In this document: piece after piece, positions 1-23,818 of the stretch | Layout: the number at the start of each line of letters is the position of its first letter | How positions within the stretch are numbered: the stretch's first letter is position 1 | From: Salpingoeca rosetta | Lineage: Eukaryota; Protista; Choanoflagellata | Direction: 5' to 3' | Assembly (NCBI GenBank): GCA_033442325.1 | Contig: JAWQFM010000020.1 | Span: 809,233-873,232, forward strand | Length of the DNA: 64,000 nucleotides | Made by a program: the position numbers and the translations under genes | The notes under the pieces: model-generated | Seen by the model: the letters and a program-made list of their open reading frames with translations, nothing else | Database searches by the model: none | Told to the model about the DNA's origin: nothing

Positions 1-885
1 CGTGTACCACCTGATGCAGAGGTCGCAGTGCAACTACCTGCTGCGTGCCGGGCGGCTGACGCAGGAGTACATTTGCTCGGCGTTCTACCGCGTGGAGTAC
101 CTGCGGCTCCTGTACGTTCGCCAGCATCAGGCAGAGCTTCGCTCCGCCATCTACCAGAACTTGGTGGACCACTCCGGGGAGGATGACGCAGACGAGCAGC
201 AGCTTGGGCGCCGGGTTGTCCTGCCATCCAGCTTCCTTGGAGGACAACGGCACACCAAGGAGCGCTTCCATGACGCCATGGCCATCCTTGGCGAATACGG
301 TGCGCGCGCGCCTGTATGTGTGTGTGTGTGTATGTGTGTGTGTGTGTGTTGTCGTTTGTTCGCGTGTATCGATGCATGTGTGGTGATTTGCGTGCGCGCG
401 CTGTGTGCCCACTAACGTGTGCGTTGCGTTCTGTGTGCGGTGGCATGTGCAGGGAAGCCCGACCTGTTTGTGACATTCACGTGCAACCCGGCATGGCCTG
501 AAATCACCCGTGAGTTAAGGGGTCACGAGCGCGCATCCGATCGCCCTGACCTCCTGGCACGCGTCTTCCATGCCAAGCTGGCAGCCTTCCGCATCGACCT
601 TGAGCACGGCCACGTTTTCGGGCCCACCCGCGCGTTCCTGTATGCGATTGATTTTCAGATGCGCGGGTTGCCCCATGCGCATTGCTTGGTGTGGTGTGCC
701 CAGCCCTTGCAGGGGCCGTCGGACATCGACCGCTTCATTTCAGCGGAGATTCCCGACCCCGCCACCGACGCGACACTGCACGCCTTGGTGACGCTGTTCT
801 TTGCTTCACCGCTGCCCCATGTCGCCGATGTCGTGTATACTGAGGCGCTTGGCGCTCCCCCCCCCCTGCCCGCTGCGTCACAACC

Positions 886-937
<52 letters not shown>

Positions 938-990
938 CCACAACAACAACCACAACAACAACAACGACGACGACGACGACGACGACGACG

Positions 991-1069
<79 letters not shown>

Positions 1070-1447
1070 CCTGCCCCTTGCTGGACCCGTTGGTTTTCCC
1101 ACGACATGACGGTGTGGCCACCCACGAACATTAACCGGGCACATGTGACGTTCTCCTGGCTGTACATGCCCCTCATAACGGACGCTCTCTCGCCGGGCGG
1201 GAGGGGCCCTTTTCCTTTCCCGCGCCCTTCTGGCGTATGGAACCAGGTGGTCGCATCTCTGGCAGCGGTGTTCGCTGCAAACGGCATCACCACTGACACC
1301 CTTACCTACGATGGCCCCTGGCACATCCCCGCAGATGACCAGGAGCGCCTTGCGCTGCTCGCGGGCGTGGATACATACAACCTCATCGCTTCCATTGCCT
1401 TGCAGCACGCTCCCAACGCATTCCCACGCCTCACTGTTGGCGAGTAA
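1..1447 (+). mobile_element. Helitron-like Rep (HUH endonuclease) coding fragment, open at the window edge, one intron (300-452), fused after ~793 to a poly-Q/poly-R tract and an unrecognised C-terminus
   Basis: Spliced translation ...GRRVVLPSSFLGGQRHTKERFHDAMAILGEYG|KPDLFVTFTCNPAWPEI...DRPDLLARVF...IDFQMRGLPHAHCLVW...IDRFISAEIPDP...LHALV matches Helitron Rep motif 1 (FxTFTCN) and motif 2 (E/DFQxRGLPHxH). A GT at 300 and an AG at 451-452 keep the frame. No YxxKY motif and no Pif1 helicase follow. Stop at 1445-1447. Confidence 0.88.
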
Positions 1448-2019
1448 CCAACCACATCGCCCCTGTTCCAGCACGTGTTACACGACGTGCTACATCTTCT
1501 GTTGTCCGTCATGTCTGTCATGTCATGTCACAACATCACACTGCCATCCATTGCATTTGTGCATCAAATCCTGTCCACCACCTCATAAAACAATGCCAGC
1601 GAAGCGGCATAAAAAGTCGTTGCACACTTGTTTATTATTCTTCTTGTTTGTGTGCGACGACACGACGGGTTGTCCTTTCTCTCTCAGCGCAACCCGTTCC
1701 TCTTGTTGCTGCCTCTTCCCTTATGCCCACGCAGCAGCCGTGAACAAACAAACCAAACAGCAACAACACAGCGACAACAACAGAAGCAACAACGGGCAAC
1801 AACATTCCATTGCAGGGAAGGACAGGCAGGCACACGCACGCACGCACAACAGCAGCGATTGTGTGCACGACGGCATTGGACAAGAACAAGGAACACCAGC
1901 AGTAGATCTGTCGCTTGAACGCGGCCAGAGACCGTGTTCACACGCAAACAAGCGCGCGCACGCACACGCACATTGTGTGCTTGGACAAGACAAGGAACGA
2001 GGAGGGTGCTGGCAGCGGC

Positions 2020-9105
<7,086 letters not shown>

Positions 9106-9865
9106 GAGCCTACGCACACGTGTGTGTGTGTGTGTGTGTGTGTGTATGTTTGTGTGTGTGTGTGTGTGTGTGTTTGTGTGTCTGTGTGTATGTGGTTTTG
9201 AGCCCATATGAGGGCGCCGAAGGAAGGGAGAGAGAAGTGTGGTTGTTCAGAGAGAATGGTCTTACCTCTTTAGAAAAAGCACGTGTGATGAGATGAGCAC
9301 CGCTGCTTGGATTACTTTTTTCTATGTTGTTCCCTTGCATACATCTTGTCTGTCACATAATCACCGTTGTTTTTAAAACTTCACTCCCATTGCTTTCATG
9401 TTCGATATCTCAAAACTTGATAGCTGCCCATCTAGCCTGTTTCCTACTTTGACTTCTGCAGTGACAAGAAGGCTGCACTCATGCATGGCATGTCACCGTT
9501 GTGATTGCCAAAGATCGACGCTGTTGTTGCTTGATGGGTCTACACCAACCAGCCAACACAGCGCCTTCCATTGTTTTGTTTTTTCCATTTCCTCTGCACT
9601 TTGCCTGCTAAGGGCAGTACCGCGCGTTTACGCTGTCGCCATAGAAGCACCTCTCTCTCTCTCTCTGCCTGCCAGGTCATCATGAGTGGTGTGCTGTGAC
9701 ATGAGTGGGTGGGGAGAGCGCAAGGGAAGGAAGTCAACGAAGAACCAGCAAACAACAAACAACAGCACCCAGCCAGCAGCCGCTAGCAAACAACCAAACG
9801 ACGAAATTCTTCAGCCAACACCACATTTTGTAGTGACGACCGCGTGCTCACACACGACAAGCAAG

Positions 9866-11053
9866 ATGGCTGGCGAAGACGGACTCATGGTGAGCAAGCT
9901 GTCTGCTTACACGCTGTCTGCTTGCTGTCTGCTTGCTTGCTGCTTCCTTTGCATCCTTCCATTCGCTGGTACTTGCTCACACGTTCGTTCGCTGTCCCTT
10001 TGGTGTTGATCCTGCAGGAGCGGTTGGCATCGCACAACCGGTTCTTCAACGATGTCATCTCCCTGATCCCTCCAAAGTACTACCTCGCAGAAGCCGATGA
10101 AGAGCACCAGGTACGCGTGTACGTGTGGACTGCCTGAATAGCAACAAGACACACAAAAGCAGTGACACAAGCGACAACAGTCGATGTCACGGTTTCAGTG
10201 CCCGCAGCATGCTCGCCTTGTGCTCTCAGCGCGTTCGCCTCGGACTTGATTGATTGGCTACTTATCCACACACACACACACACGCACACACACACACACG
10301 CACACACACACACACGTCACTGCTTGTTTCTGCTCAGCAACGCATCGCAGCGAGGTACATGAAGAACACCAAGAACAAGGCTCCAAAGCAGGAGATCAAA
10401 GAGCGCAGCAAGAAGGCAAAGCGCGCAAAGGTGTGTGTGTGTGTGTGCGGTTGTGCGGTGATCGCGTGTAGCTGTGCTTGGGGGTTTTGTGTTGGCTGGT
10501 GATGGTTGTGTTGGGTGGTGCAAAGCAGCGAGAAGAGCAGCGAGAAGAGCAGCGAGGTGTTGCATGCATGGGGCTGAGGTGATGGCTGCTGGGCCTCACG
10601 CTCGGTCTCCACTTTTCATGCTGCAGGAGCTGGGCAAGACAGTGATTGACATTCAACAGGAGCAGCTGAAAAGCGAGGATGCGGCAGCGGAGGATGCACA
10701 GCAGCAACAACACAAGGCCTCGAAACACGGCAAGGGCGGAAAGAAGAGAGGGGCCGCATCAACACAGGATGGCAAGCAGAACGATCAGCGGCGAAAGAAG
10801 CCTTTCCTTGTGTCCCAGTCCAGCAACGTCAGCCCGCATGAGCTGCGTGCTCGCCTGGCCGTCAAGCTGCAAGAAATGAAGTACAAGCTTGTGTTATGCT
10901 GTGTTATCCTCTGTGTGTGTGTGTGTGTCTGTGTGTGTCTGCGTGTGCGTGCGCATGTGCGTGTGTGTGTGTGTGCGAGTGTTATTCTGTGTTGCTTTGG
11001 GTGCGTCTGGTTGCATCTGTGTGTCTATGTGTCTCTGTGTGTGTGTCTCTCTC

Positions 11054-11102
<49 letters not shown>

Positions 11103-12210
11103 GCGTGCTGTGTTGCTCGATGTATGTGGTGCAAACACGTACACGCGTACCATGGTTTCCAGGCGTCTGCTGTTTGCACATTTCCTGATGCCCGCTGATC
11201 ATCATCATGTGTGATTGTGTGTTCGTGTGCAGGGAGACACGCAAGGCAGCGGAGGAACGTGTGCAGAGAACAAAGACGACAAACAAGCGCTCGAAGCTGA
11301 AGGAGGAACGACAAAAGAAGGCGATGGTCAGGGCAACCCGGCCACAGTTCACGGGCACCGACGCAAGGAAGGGAGACGCCAAAGACAGCACACACGATGA
11401 TACGGTGTGTGTGTGTGTGTGTGCGTTTGTTTGTTTGTTGTTTGTTTGTTTGTGTGTGTGTGTGTGTGTGTTTGTTTGTTGTTTGTTTGTTTGTTGATAC
11501 CTTGTTTCCACGCTGCCCCAGGACACCTTCACATGAAGTCACTGGTTTCATCGCCGCCACCACCACGATGGCGACCACCACCCCTGTCATCATAATAACC
11601 ATCATCGTCACCATGATTCTTTCAGGCCGCACCGCTTGCGTTCAGCAAGTTTGAGTTTGCCAACGACAACCGCAAGAAGAAGGCGAAACCAAACCCCAAG
11701 CAGCTCCTACAGATGGTGCGTGCGTGCGTGTGTCTGCGTGTTTGGTCCTGCGTGTTCCTTGCATCAACATTCCCTCCCTGCCTGTGTGCATCCGCTCATC
11801 TTCATTTGTCATCATCGTCGTCGTCACCATCATCGTCGGCATTGCAGGCCGAGCGGGAGAAGCAAGAGATTGAAGCACTCAAGGCATCGGATGCCGCAAA
11901 GGTGTGATACCGCCGTGCAATTGTGTGCGTACATGTGTGAATTTCAAGCGCTCACTGCCACATGTGCATGCGTCCGTTCACGTGCCATCTCGTACACGTA
12001 CTCACCAAACACACGCGCGCACGCGCACATACTGGGCAGGCTGCTGAGGTTGTGGAGAAGAAGGGATGGGACAAGGCACTCAAGCGCGCCGAGGGCGAGA
12101 AGGTGCGGCCGTCAGTCAATGCATTGTCATCACACATGTCGCGTGCCTTGTTCGATGCCTGCTGGTGGGCTTGCTTGAGTGCACTCAGTGTTCACCATCA
12201 CCACCACCGC

Positions 12211-12292
<82 letters not shown>

Positions 12293-12811
12293 GGTGTTTG
12301 ACAACCCAAAGCTGATGAAGAAGGCCATCAAGACACGCGAGCGCAAGAAGGCCAAGTCGAAGAAGACGTGGGAGGCCCGCGTCGCGGCGGTGGAGAAGGA
12401 GCAGAAGGAGAGACAGGAGAAACGGGAACGGAACTTGCAGGCTCGCAAGGACGCAAAGAAGCAGCGCAAGCTGAAGAAGGTGTGTGTGTGTGTGTGCGTG
12501 CGTGTGTGTCTGTGTGTGCCTGTGTGTCTGTGTGTGTGTGTGTGCCTGTGTGCCTGTGTGTGTGTGTGTCTGTGTGCCTGTGTGTGCCTGTGTGTGTGTG
12601 CGTGCGTGTGTGTGTCTGTGTGTCTGTGTGTGCGTGTTCACGCTATTCTCCTCTTTCCCTCCTTCTTCCTCCTCTTCTTTCTCTCCCTTTTCCTCCTCTT
12701 CTTTCTCCTCTTCCACCATGCTCCCGAGATTGCCGTCGCTCACATGTTCATGTGCAATATTGTCAACTGACGCAGATGCAGAAAAAGCGCCCTGGCTTCG
12801 AGGGCAAATAG
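9866..12811 (+). CDS. SURF6: Ribosomal RNA-processing protein 14 / surfeit locus protein 6 (multi-exon)
   Basis: N-terminal Rrp14 motif [23 protein letters not shown]-terminal SURF6 domain [13 protein letters not shown]|[29 protein letters not shown]...RQEKRERNL...KKRPGFEGK*. Confidence 0.92.
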
Positions 12812-13588
12812 GAGGCTGCAAGGACACGTGTGAAGAACGCACGTGACGTATTTGCAGTGCTGTCGTTGTTGTGTCTCATGATCCTGTTGCGTCCTTTGTT
12901 GTTCGTGCCCTTGTCATCACGTGTATTCAGCGCCCTTGTGTTGCGTCGTGCCCAACGATTTGCTTGCGCGGTCTCCTCTCACATAGGGTTGCCTTGTCTG
13001 TTTTCCGTGCGAGCGTTGTTTCATTTCTTCCCACCCCAAGCTTTACCATCACCTTGTCACCATACACACACCTTCCCACCTGCTCCAGCTGCCACCATCA
13101 TTGATCGTGTCATGTTCCGTGCGTGGCACTGTGCTGTGCTGTGCTGTAATGAGATCCGTTTGCACCTTTGAAAGAAGACATGTCAGTCAATCGATCAATC
13201 AGTCAGCAACATCGTCACTCGCAGCTTAAAACCGGCACAGAGCGCGGAGGAAGGGAGATGGGACAAACACGACGGGACAGACGGACAACACGCGTGGTGG
13301 GGTTTATGGAAGCTGTGGGTGGTGGAACCAAAGCAACAAAGACAAGCGCGGAAGAAAGTAACTGATGTGGTGGGCTTAAACTTGAGGGGAAGAGGGAGAT
13401 GGGGTTGACACGAGACAATACCGAGCAAGACACGCCCACTTGCTTGCATGCATCGCGTGGTTGTGTTGATGGCTGGCATATAAAAAACACGAGAACAACA
13501 GCAAGTGGGGAATGGGAAGGCACGGGAGGGAGACAGTTGACAGTGAGGAGCAGGAAGGGGGTGGCGGATTGGGTGCTTGGCGTCAGCT

Positions 13589-14490
13589 TCACTTGGTCAC
13601 GAGCTCGTAAGCCTGCAGGCGATGTATGCATGCGTGTAGGTGGGGGGGGGAAGCGGGGGAAGCGGGGGAAGCGGGGATGAGCACGGCAAGCGGTGAGGGC
13701 GAGCACTACTCAAGAAACCTTCAGACATGCACCAAACAAACCACACGCACGCACGCACGCACGCACATACAGCACACGCACACGCACGCACACACACACA
13801 CACACAGAGCACACGCACACACACACACATACAGCACACGCACGCACGCACACAGCACAAGGCATGTGACAACGCACGTCGAGGACAAAGTCGTCTGGGA
13901 ATTCAAAGTCTGCAAGCTCCTCGTCAAGCTTTCCGGCAAAGTCATCAGCGGCCTTGGACGCCTTGGCGAGGTCGTAGATGGTGGTGGACAGCTCCTGGTC
14001 CTTGATGCCGACGTGCTGGTCAAGCAGCTCGTCAATCTTCCCAACAACAGCAGCAACCTCCGTTGTGGGCTGGATGCATGGTACGTGCGTGATGTGTGTG
14101 ATGTGTGTGAGTTAAGTGCGTGAGTGTGAGTGTGGGTGAAAACACATGTGGGTGAGTGAGTACGTTCGTGAGTGCGTTTGTATTTGTCCGCGTGTGCAGT
14201 AGCAGTTGAGCATGTTCGGAGTGGATGGGCGTGCAAGAGGCAACACCACTCAAGCAGAAACAACACGGCTACGTGCGTGTGTGTGTGTGGGGAGGGGGGC
14301 GCACCTCATCCTCGACAACAGCGGTGCCGTTGCGCTTCATGCGGAGCGTCTTCTTGCCGGCGCCGGCCTTCACGTCGCCAGTGCCCGCCGCCTGTGCGCG
14401 CGGCGCAATCGCCTCTGTTGACGGTGGACAACCGGGAAGGGGGTGAGGGATGGGTCGGGTGTGGGGTGGGGTGGGATGTTTGAAGTGGTT

Positions 14491-14538
<48 letters not shown>

Positions 14539-14701
14539 AGGAAAGGAAGGAAAGGAAGGAAGGAAGGATGGCAAAAGCGCAGGGTGAAGAGGGGATGGTT
14601 GTAGGGTTTGAGCGACGCTTGCTCTTGATGCGTGAAGATGCATGCATGCAAGAGCGACCAGACAACTCCAGACACGCACCCACACCCACACACATGCACG
14701 C

Positions 14702-14752
<51 letters not shown>

Positions 14753-15117
14753 CACGCATGCATGCACACACGCACCGAGGCTCTTCTTTGGCTCGACGAG
14801 GGTGAGGGTGAACTCTGCGCCGATGGGAATCTCCTTGAGCATGCGCGCAACCTCAAAGTGGCGGCAGCCGGTCATGTCGTTGCCGTTGATGGAGGCAATG
14901 TGGTCGCCCACGCCAATGTTGGCCACCTTGGACTGATGACGGTTGAATGTGACACGACGCAAGGCGACAGAATGCAGCGCTGATGAGTAAGGAGGGCAAG
15001 CAAGGTAACCCAGCACGCGTTCTAGGACTGACAACAGCGCAAAGGAAACCGGGCACATGCACGCACACAGAAATCCAAAAGTACAAATGCGCGCGCACAC
15101 GCACACACACACACATT

Positions 15118-15178
<61 letters not shown>

Positions 15179-15885
15179 ACACACACAGACACACCATGAG
15201 GCTGCCGTCGCGGATCTTCTTGATGAAGGCGTAGCCGGCGCCGTTGTCGGAGATGGTGAGGCCGAGTGCGGGGCCGTCCTTGACGACCTTGGCGGTCTTG
15301 CTGTCGCCCTTGACGTGTGCAAAGAGGAAGTCGTCCAGGCCAATCTGGCCGCCCAGGAGGCGGGTCATGTCCACCTTGTGCGTGTTGAGGGTGATGTACA
15401 GAATCTGCACCCAAAACATGGTTGAGTGTGTGTGTGTGTGTGTGCATGTGTGTGTATGAGTATGTGTGTGTGAGTGTGGTTGTTGAGCATGGCTGGCGAA
15501 GAACCTGCTGTGCAACAAGAGCGTGCATGTATGCAACGAAGCACAAGCACGCAAACACAAACACAAACATGCAAGCAATCAACACAAGCAACACAAGCAA
15601 CACAAGCAAGCCCACAACCACACAACCACACACACAACAAACACCCAAGCAAACACGGAACGCTAATAACCCACGCAAGCACAGGTGCACCGCATGACTC
15701 ACGTCGGCAGTGGGGATGCCAAAGGCCTTTGCTATCGATTCGTAGAGCTGCTTGACGTTGGTGAAGTCCCTGATTTGCTTGGTGGCGGAACCGTGGGCCA
15801 GCTGGCAGTGGAAGACCATGTCAATCTGTTCGGCGGGCACCTGGCTGCCGGAAGGGGCAGCGGGGAGAGGGCGGTCCTTGGGCAT
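13589..15885 (-). CDS. GIPC: GIPC family PDZ protein (GH1-PDZ-GH2), multi-exon
   Basis: [24 protein letters not shown]; [33 protein letters not shown]; [44 protein letters not shown]; GH2 [28 protein letters not shown]|AYELVTK*. The ATG directly follows a 3' splice site, so an upstream exon exists. Confidence 0.95.
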
Positions 15886-15932
15886 CTGTGACGGTGGTGT
15901 AGGGGGAGAGGGGGAGACTGTGTATGAGTGGA

Positions 15933-15993
15933 CAAGAGAGGGAGAGAGGGAGAGAGAGAGAGAGAGAGGAGGAGAGAGAGAGAGAGAGAGGAG

Positions 15994-16046
<53 letters not shown>

Positions 16047-16191
16047 GAGGAGGAGGAGTAATGTTACACGGGCGGCTGGATGAGTCTGATCCTCCTGGCT
16101 ATTAGAGGGTTATTTAATAGAATTGGCTCCTAAGCTCTGGTAAGGTTCGAGACCCGAATCAAGACCAGTGCACATAAGGGGCGGACTGTGG

Positions 16192-16240
<49 letters not shown>
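15933..16240. repeat. Two (GA)n microsatellites flanking a ~137-bp compositionally distinct island
   Basis: Read directly from the sequence. Confidence 0.85.
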
Positions 16241-16244
<4 letters not shown>

Positions 16245-16797
16245 GGGGGAGTGGGCGCAAACTCAGGACACAACAACAAGGAAGAAAGCAAGTCACAGTA
16301 ACACCGTGTGTTGCTGTTGTTGTTGTTGTTGAAACAACCACGCGCGCTCTTTCTCGCGCGCGCACACACACACACACACATATGTACACACATATGTACA
16401 CACAGACACAGATACACACACACACACAACACCTTGGTGGTCGACAAGCGAGAGAGAGGGAGAGGGGTGCTGGAATGAGGGCTGAAGGGAGAGAGTGCAG
16501 TTTTGTCTGTCTGTGTGCAAGGCAAAAGCCGAAAAAGAAAACAACCAACCAACCAAAGAAGCAACCAGAGCGTTTTCCTTGGGGAAAATCTGCCATGGAA
16601 AACAACACCATAAAATAGGTTGCCACCACCCACAAAACATCGCCAGCAATGTCTTCCACTAAAATTCGGTCGTGCATTGTCGACGGATTTTGTTGTTGTT
16701 GTTTTGCAGCCGTAACTGGCTGTGTGTTTTTTGTGCACAGCCATTTCCCTCATTCCCATTTTCTCCTCGCACCTCCCACCTCCTGTTTCACGTGCGG

Positions 16798-16831
<34 letters not shown>

Positions 16832-17930
16832 TGCCTCGCTGTTGCTTCCCATCGTGCTGTCCTTGTGTTTGCGTTTGCGGGCGTCCTGGCTTGGTATTTT
16901 ATGAATTTGACGACAAAGAACAACCCGACAACGTGGTGAAATAACAAAGCCCAACAACCCACCTTGCTCGCCGCACACAACAGGCCCCGTTGGTTCCCAG
17001 TGCACAACCGTCTCCACACACGCGCAAACGCCTGATCCCAGACAACGGAGCTCCTCCCTCCTCGATCCAACGCATCCACGTGCACACACACACACATACA
17101 TACGCGCGTGCGTGCCCTCCCCCCCCCCCACACACACACACACGAACAAACAGCAATGATGACCCATCCGCCTCGTCCGATGATGGTGTCGCCAGACATT
17201 TGCAGCCACGGCTGGGGTGAGCCATCGTCCTTGCTGCTGCTGCTGCTGCTGCCGTTGTCTGTGTGTCCTCCGTGATGCCGTGAGACAAGAGGATATGTGC
17301 TGTGGTTGAACGTCACAAGAGAGACAAAAGAGTGGCGTGTGTGAATGGGGTGCGCCAACGTAATGTAACGTCGATGTGAAATAAGCAGGAGGGTGATGGC
17401 AAGGGGGAATGGAGAGCAGTGTGTCGTTCGCGGTCCAGCCTGTCAAAAGCTGCTGCAAATAACAAACAATGTGTTGTTGCTGGCAACCCACCACCCTTCG
17501 CGATTGATTCATCCAATCTCCCCACTCCCTTCCTCGTCCTCCTCTTCCTCCCCACCACTGCATGCACATGACAAACCTGATGATGAAACAATGATGAATG
17601 GCTTCTCATAACACCAACGACGACGACGACTAATGCCGCCGCCGCTGACGGTGGCCGTTGCTGCCGTGTCTTCTTGTCTTTGGGGGTCCACTCGTGCGTG
17701 TGCTGTACCGTGTGCCGTGCCCACCACACGAAATGCCTTGGCTGGTGCATGGTCGTACTCGCTCGCGCGACTGACTCTGCTTGCCTGTCGCATGCCTCAC
17801 ACTCACGTACGCACGCACGACGGCAGACGGCAACGCTGTCGAGCAAACAGCACGTGCGTGTGACGTCAGCAGCACGTGTCCTGGTGTCCGCACTTTCACC
17901 TACAACCAACGACCACGAGGGGTCACAAGC

Positions 17931-18569
17931 ATGGGGATGGGCGTTGTTGACAAGGATGAGATTCTGCGCGAGCTCATGTCAGTGTTGGAAGACGGCAGCT
18001 CTTGCAACGTGAACATGACTGGTGTGAAGAAAGAGGAGGAGGAGGAGGAGAGTGACGCAACCCTCTTCGACAGCCTCAGCCAAGGCGCAGTGAAGGAGGA
18101 GTGGGAATGGGAGAAGGAGGAGGAGGAGGTGTGCACAGAGCTTCCACAGGAGCACAGTGCACATGAGGAGGAGCGTGGGAGGAAAAAGAAGAAGCAGAGA
18201 AAGACGAGCAAGGCCAAGAACTTACCTGCTGTGCGGTCGAACAACAAGCGTGCACTGGACGCCCGTTGGGACGAGGAGATGCTTCGCCACAAGGACTTCA
18301 ACGGCGTGGTGAAGCCGTACATAGAGCGCCACCTCTCCAAGGCTGATCGCACACACTTTATGAAGGCGCGACGCCGCTACCTGAACCGCACGTACCGCGA
18401 GAAGAAGCTCGAGCGCGAACCGTCCGCCGCCAAGGCCGTGCGTCTGCAGGCGGAGGAGAACGGGCGCCTGCAGCAGGAACTGGACACGCAGGAGCAGTGC
18501 TTGGAGGATCTCAGGGCCAAAATCAACGCCCTTAAGGAGTTCATGCGCCAAAGCGACATCCCTTTCTGA
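17931..18569 (+). CDS. Intronless Maf/CNC-like bZIP protein with a divergent basic region
   Basis: Acidic N-terminus, basic NLS-like RGRKKKKQRK, EHR-like WDEEMLRHKDFN..HLSKADRTHFMKARRRYLNRTY (compare Maf LSKEEVxRLKQRRRTLKNRGY), then heptad repeats LQAEENGRLQQELDTQEQCLEDLRAKINALKE. Confidence 0.7.
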   Translation: MGMGVVDKDEILRELMSVLEDGSSCNVNMTGVKKEEEEEESDATLFDSLSQGAVKEEWEWEKEEEEVCTELPQEHSAHEEERGRKKKKQRKTSKAKNLPAVRSNNKRALDARWDEEMLRHKDFNGVVKPYIERHLSKADRTHFMKARRRYLNRTYREKKLEREPSAAKAVRLQAEENGRLQQELDTQEQCLEDLRAKINALKEFMRQSDIPF

Positions 18570-19819
18570 TGCCGTGAAGGCCTAAGCATGAGCAGAGGTT
18601 GCTGCCGCTGTATGTGCACCTCTGCTCCGGTTGTAGTCGACCTTGATTGAACTGTTGCTGATTGTTGCTGATTGTTGCTGATTGTTGCTGTTCTAATTGT
18701 TGTTGCTGCTGCCGTTTCCCTTTCTGCATTGCATTCATTCGCATTCGCTTCTTCTGCATCTTTTCTTTGTTGGGCGCACGCAGCAGCACATCTTCTGTTT
18801 AAGCGTATTCTTTGCCACCTGTTGTTGGCTATTGCCTTTTGGCTTCATAGTTGAACCATGGAGACGAGAGGAGGGAGGAGGGAGGAGGAGAGAGGAGAGC
18901 GCTCGTTACGAGATGCTTTTTTTTTGCTGTCGCCAACCCTTCTGATTACACAGTCGACTGAATTCAGTTTCGTCGTTGTGGCATGCCAACGATGAGGACA
19001 ACCATGTTGGGAGGACAGCAAAAAGCCAGCCGGGCTGGGCTGCGTGCTCCAAACGCACACGCACACGCAACCTGCACACACAACAACCTGGGCGGTGTTT
19101 GCACAAAGGAGTTGGTGGTGGTGGCGATGCAAGCGATGGCACGACAATCGCCATGCAACTGGCATGGTCTCTGCCCCAAAAAACTGCTTGGAGGCACGAA
19201 CTGCGTCACGCTGGCTTCCGTTCTGCCAAAGCCCCCCTCCCTTTCTTACCCCCCACCCCAGGCAAAAGCACGCCCAGTGCACACACACTTCACACTAACT
19301 TGTCACGCCACGCCGCTCCTCGCTGCAGTAATGTATCCAACAACAATACTTGGCATGCTCGGCGCGCCAAACTCTTCACCCCAACCCGCTCGCCACCGTC
19401 CTTGGCATTTTCCACAAGAGCACGGCGTGCCTTCAATACCACACCATCGCCACCACCACTGCCACCACCACCCCATACAAACACCGATCCAACGAGCGGA
19501 CAGCCTCAACACGCACGGTACTACCACTTCAAAGAGACATCCAGTCCCCCCCCCCTTTTTTTTTTCGCTCGCCTACCGCTGCACCTGCCAACTCGACTTT
19601 TCTTACATCTCCCATTACAGAAAGGAAGGAAACGCACGCGACAAGAGCACAGCCAACCAGCCAGCCACACTCGCTCGCCTCCTGGCGCACTTCTCTCTCT
19701 CTCCCTCTACCTTGCCTTTGAGCGCCGTTCACGTGATCCACCCATCGAGCGGTGGTGATCTGCAGCTGCCCTCAGTCTCCCCATCACCAGCCGCAACGCT
19801 TGCCTGAGGCGACACCGGG

Positions 19820-23818
<3,999 letters not shown>

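Noticed and set aside
1448-1920. Search for a Helitron 3' terminus (hairpin + CTRR)
   Set aside because: I could not identify a convincing GC-rich hairpin followed by CTAG, so the element boundary is not called.
16130-17569. 479-aa minus-strand ORF upstream of GIPC
   Set aside because: It is composed of microsatellite and low-complexity sequence with no domain signal. It is probably GIPC 5' intron/UTR.
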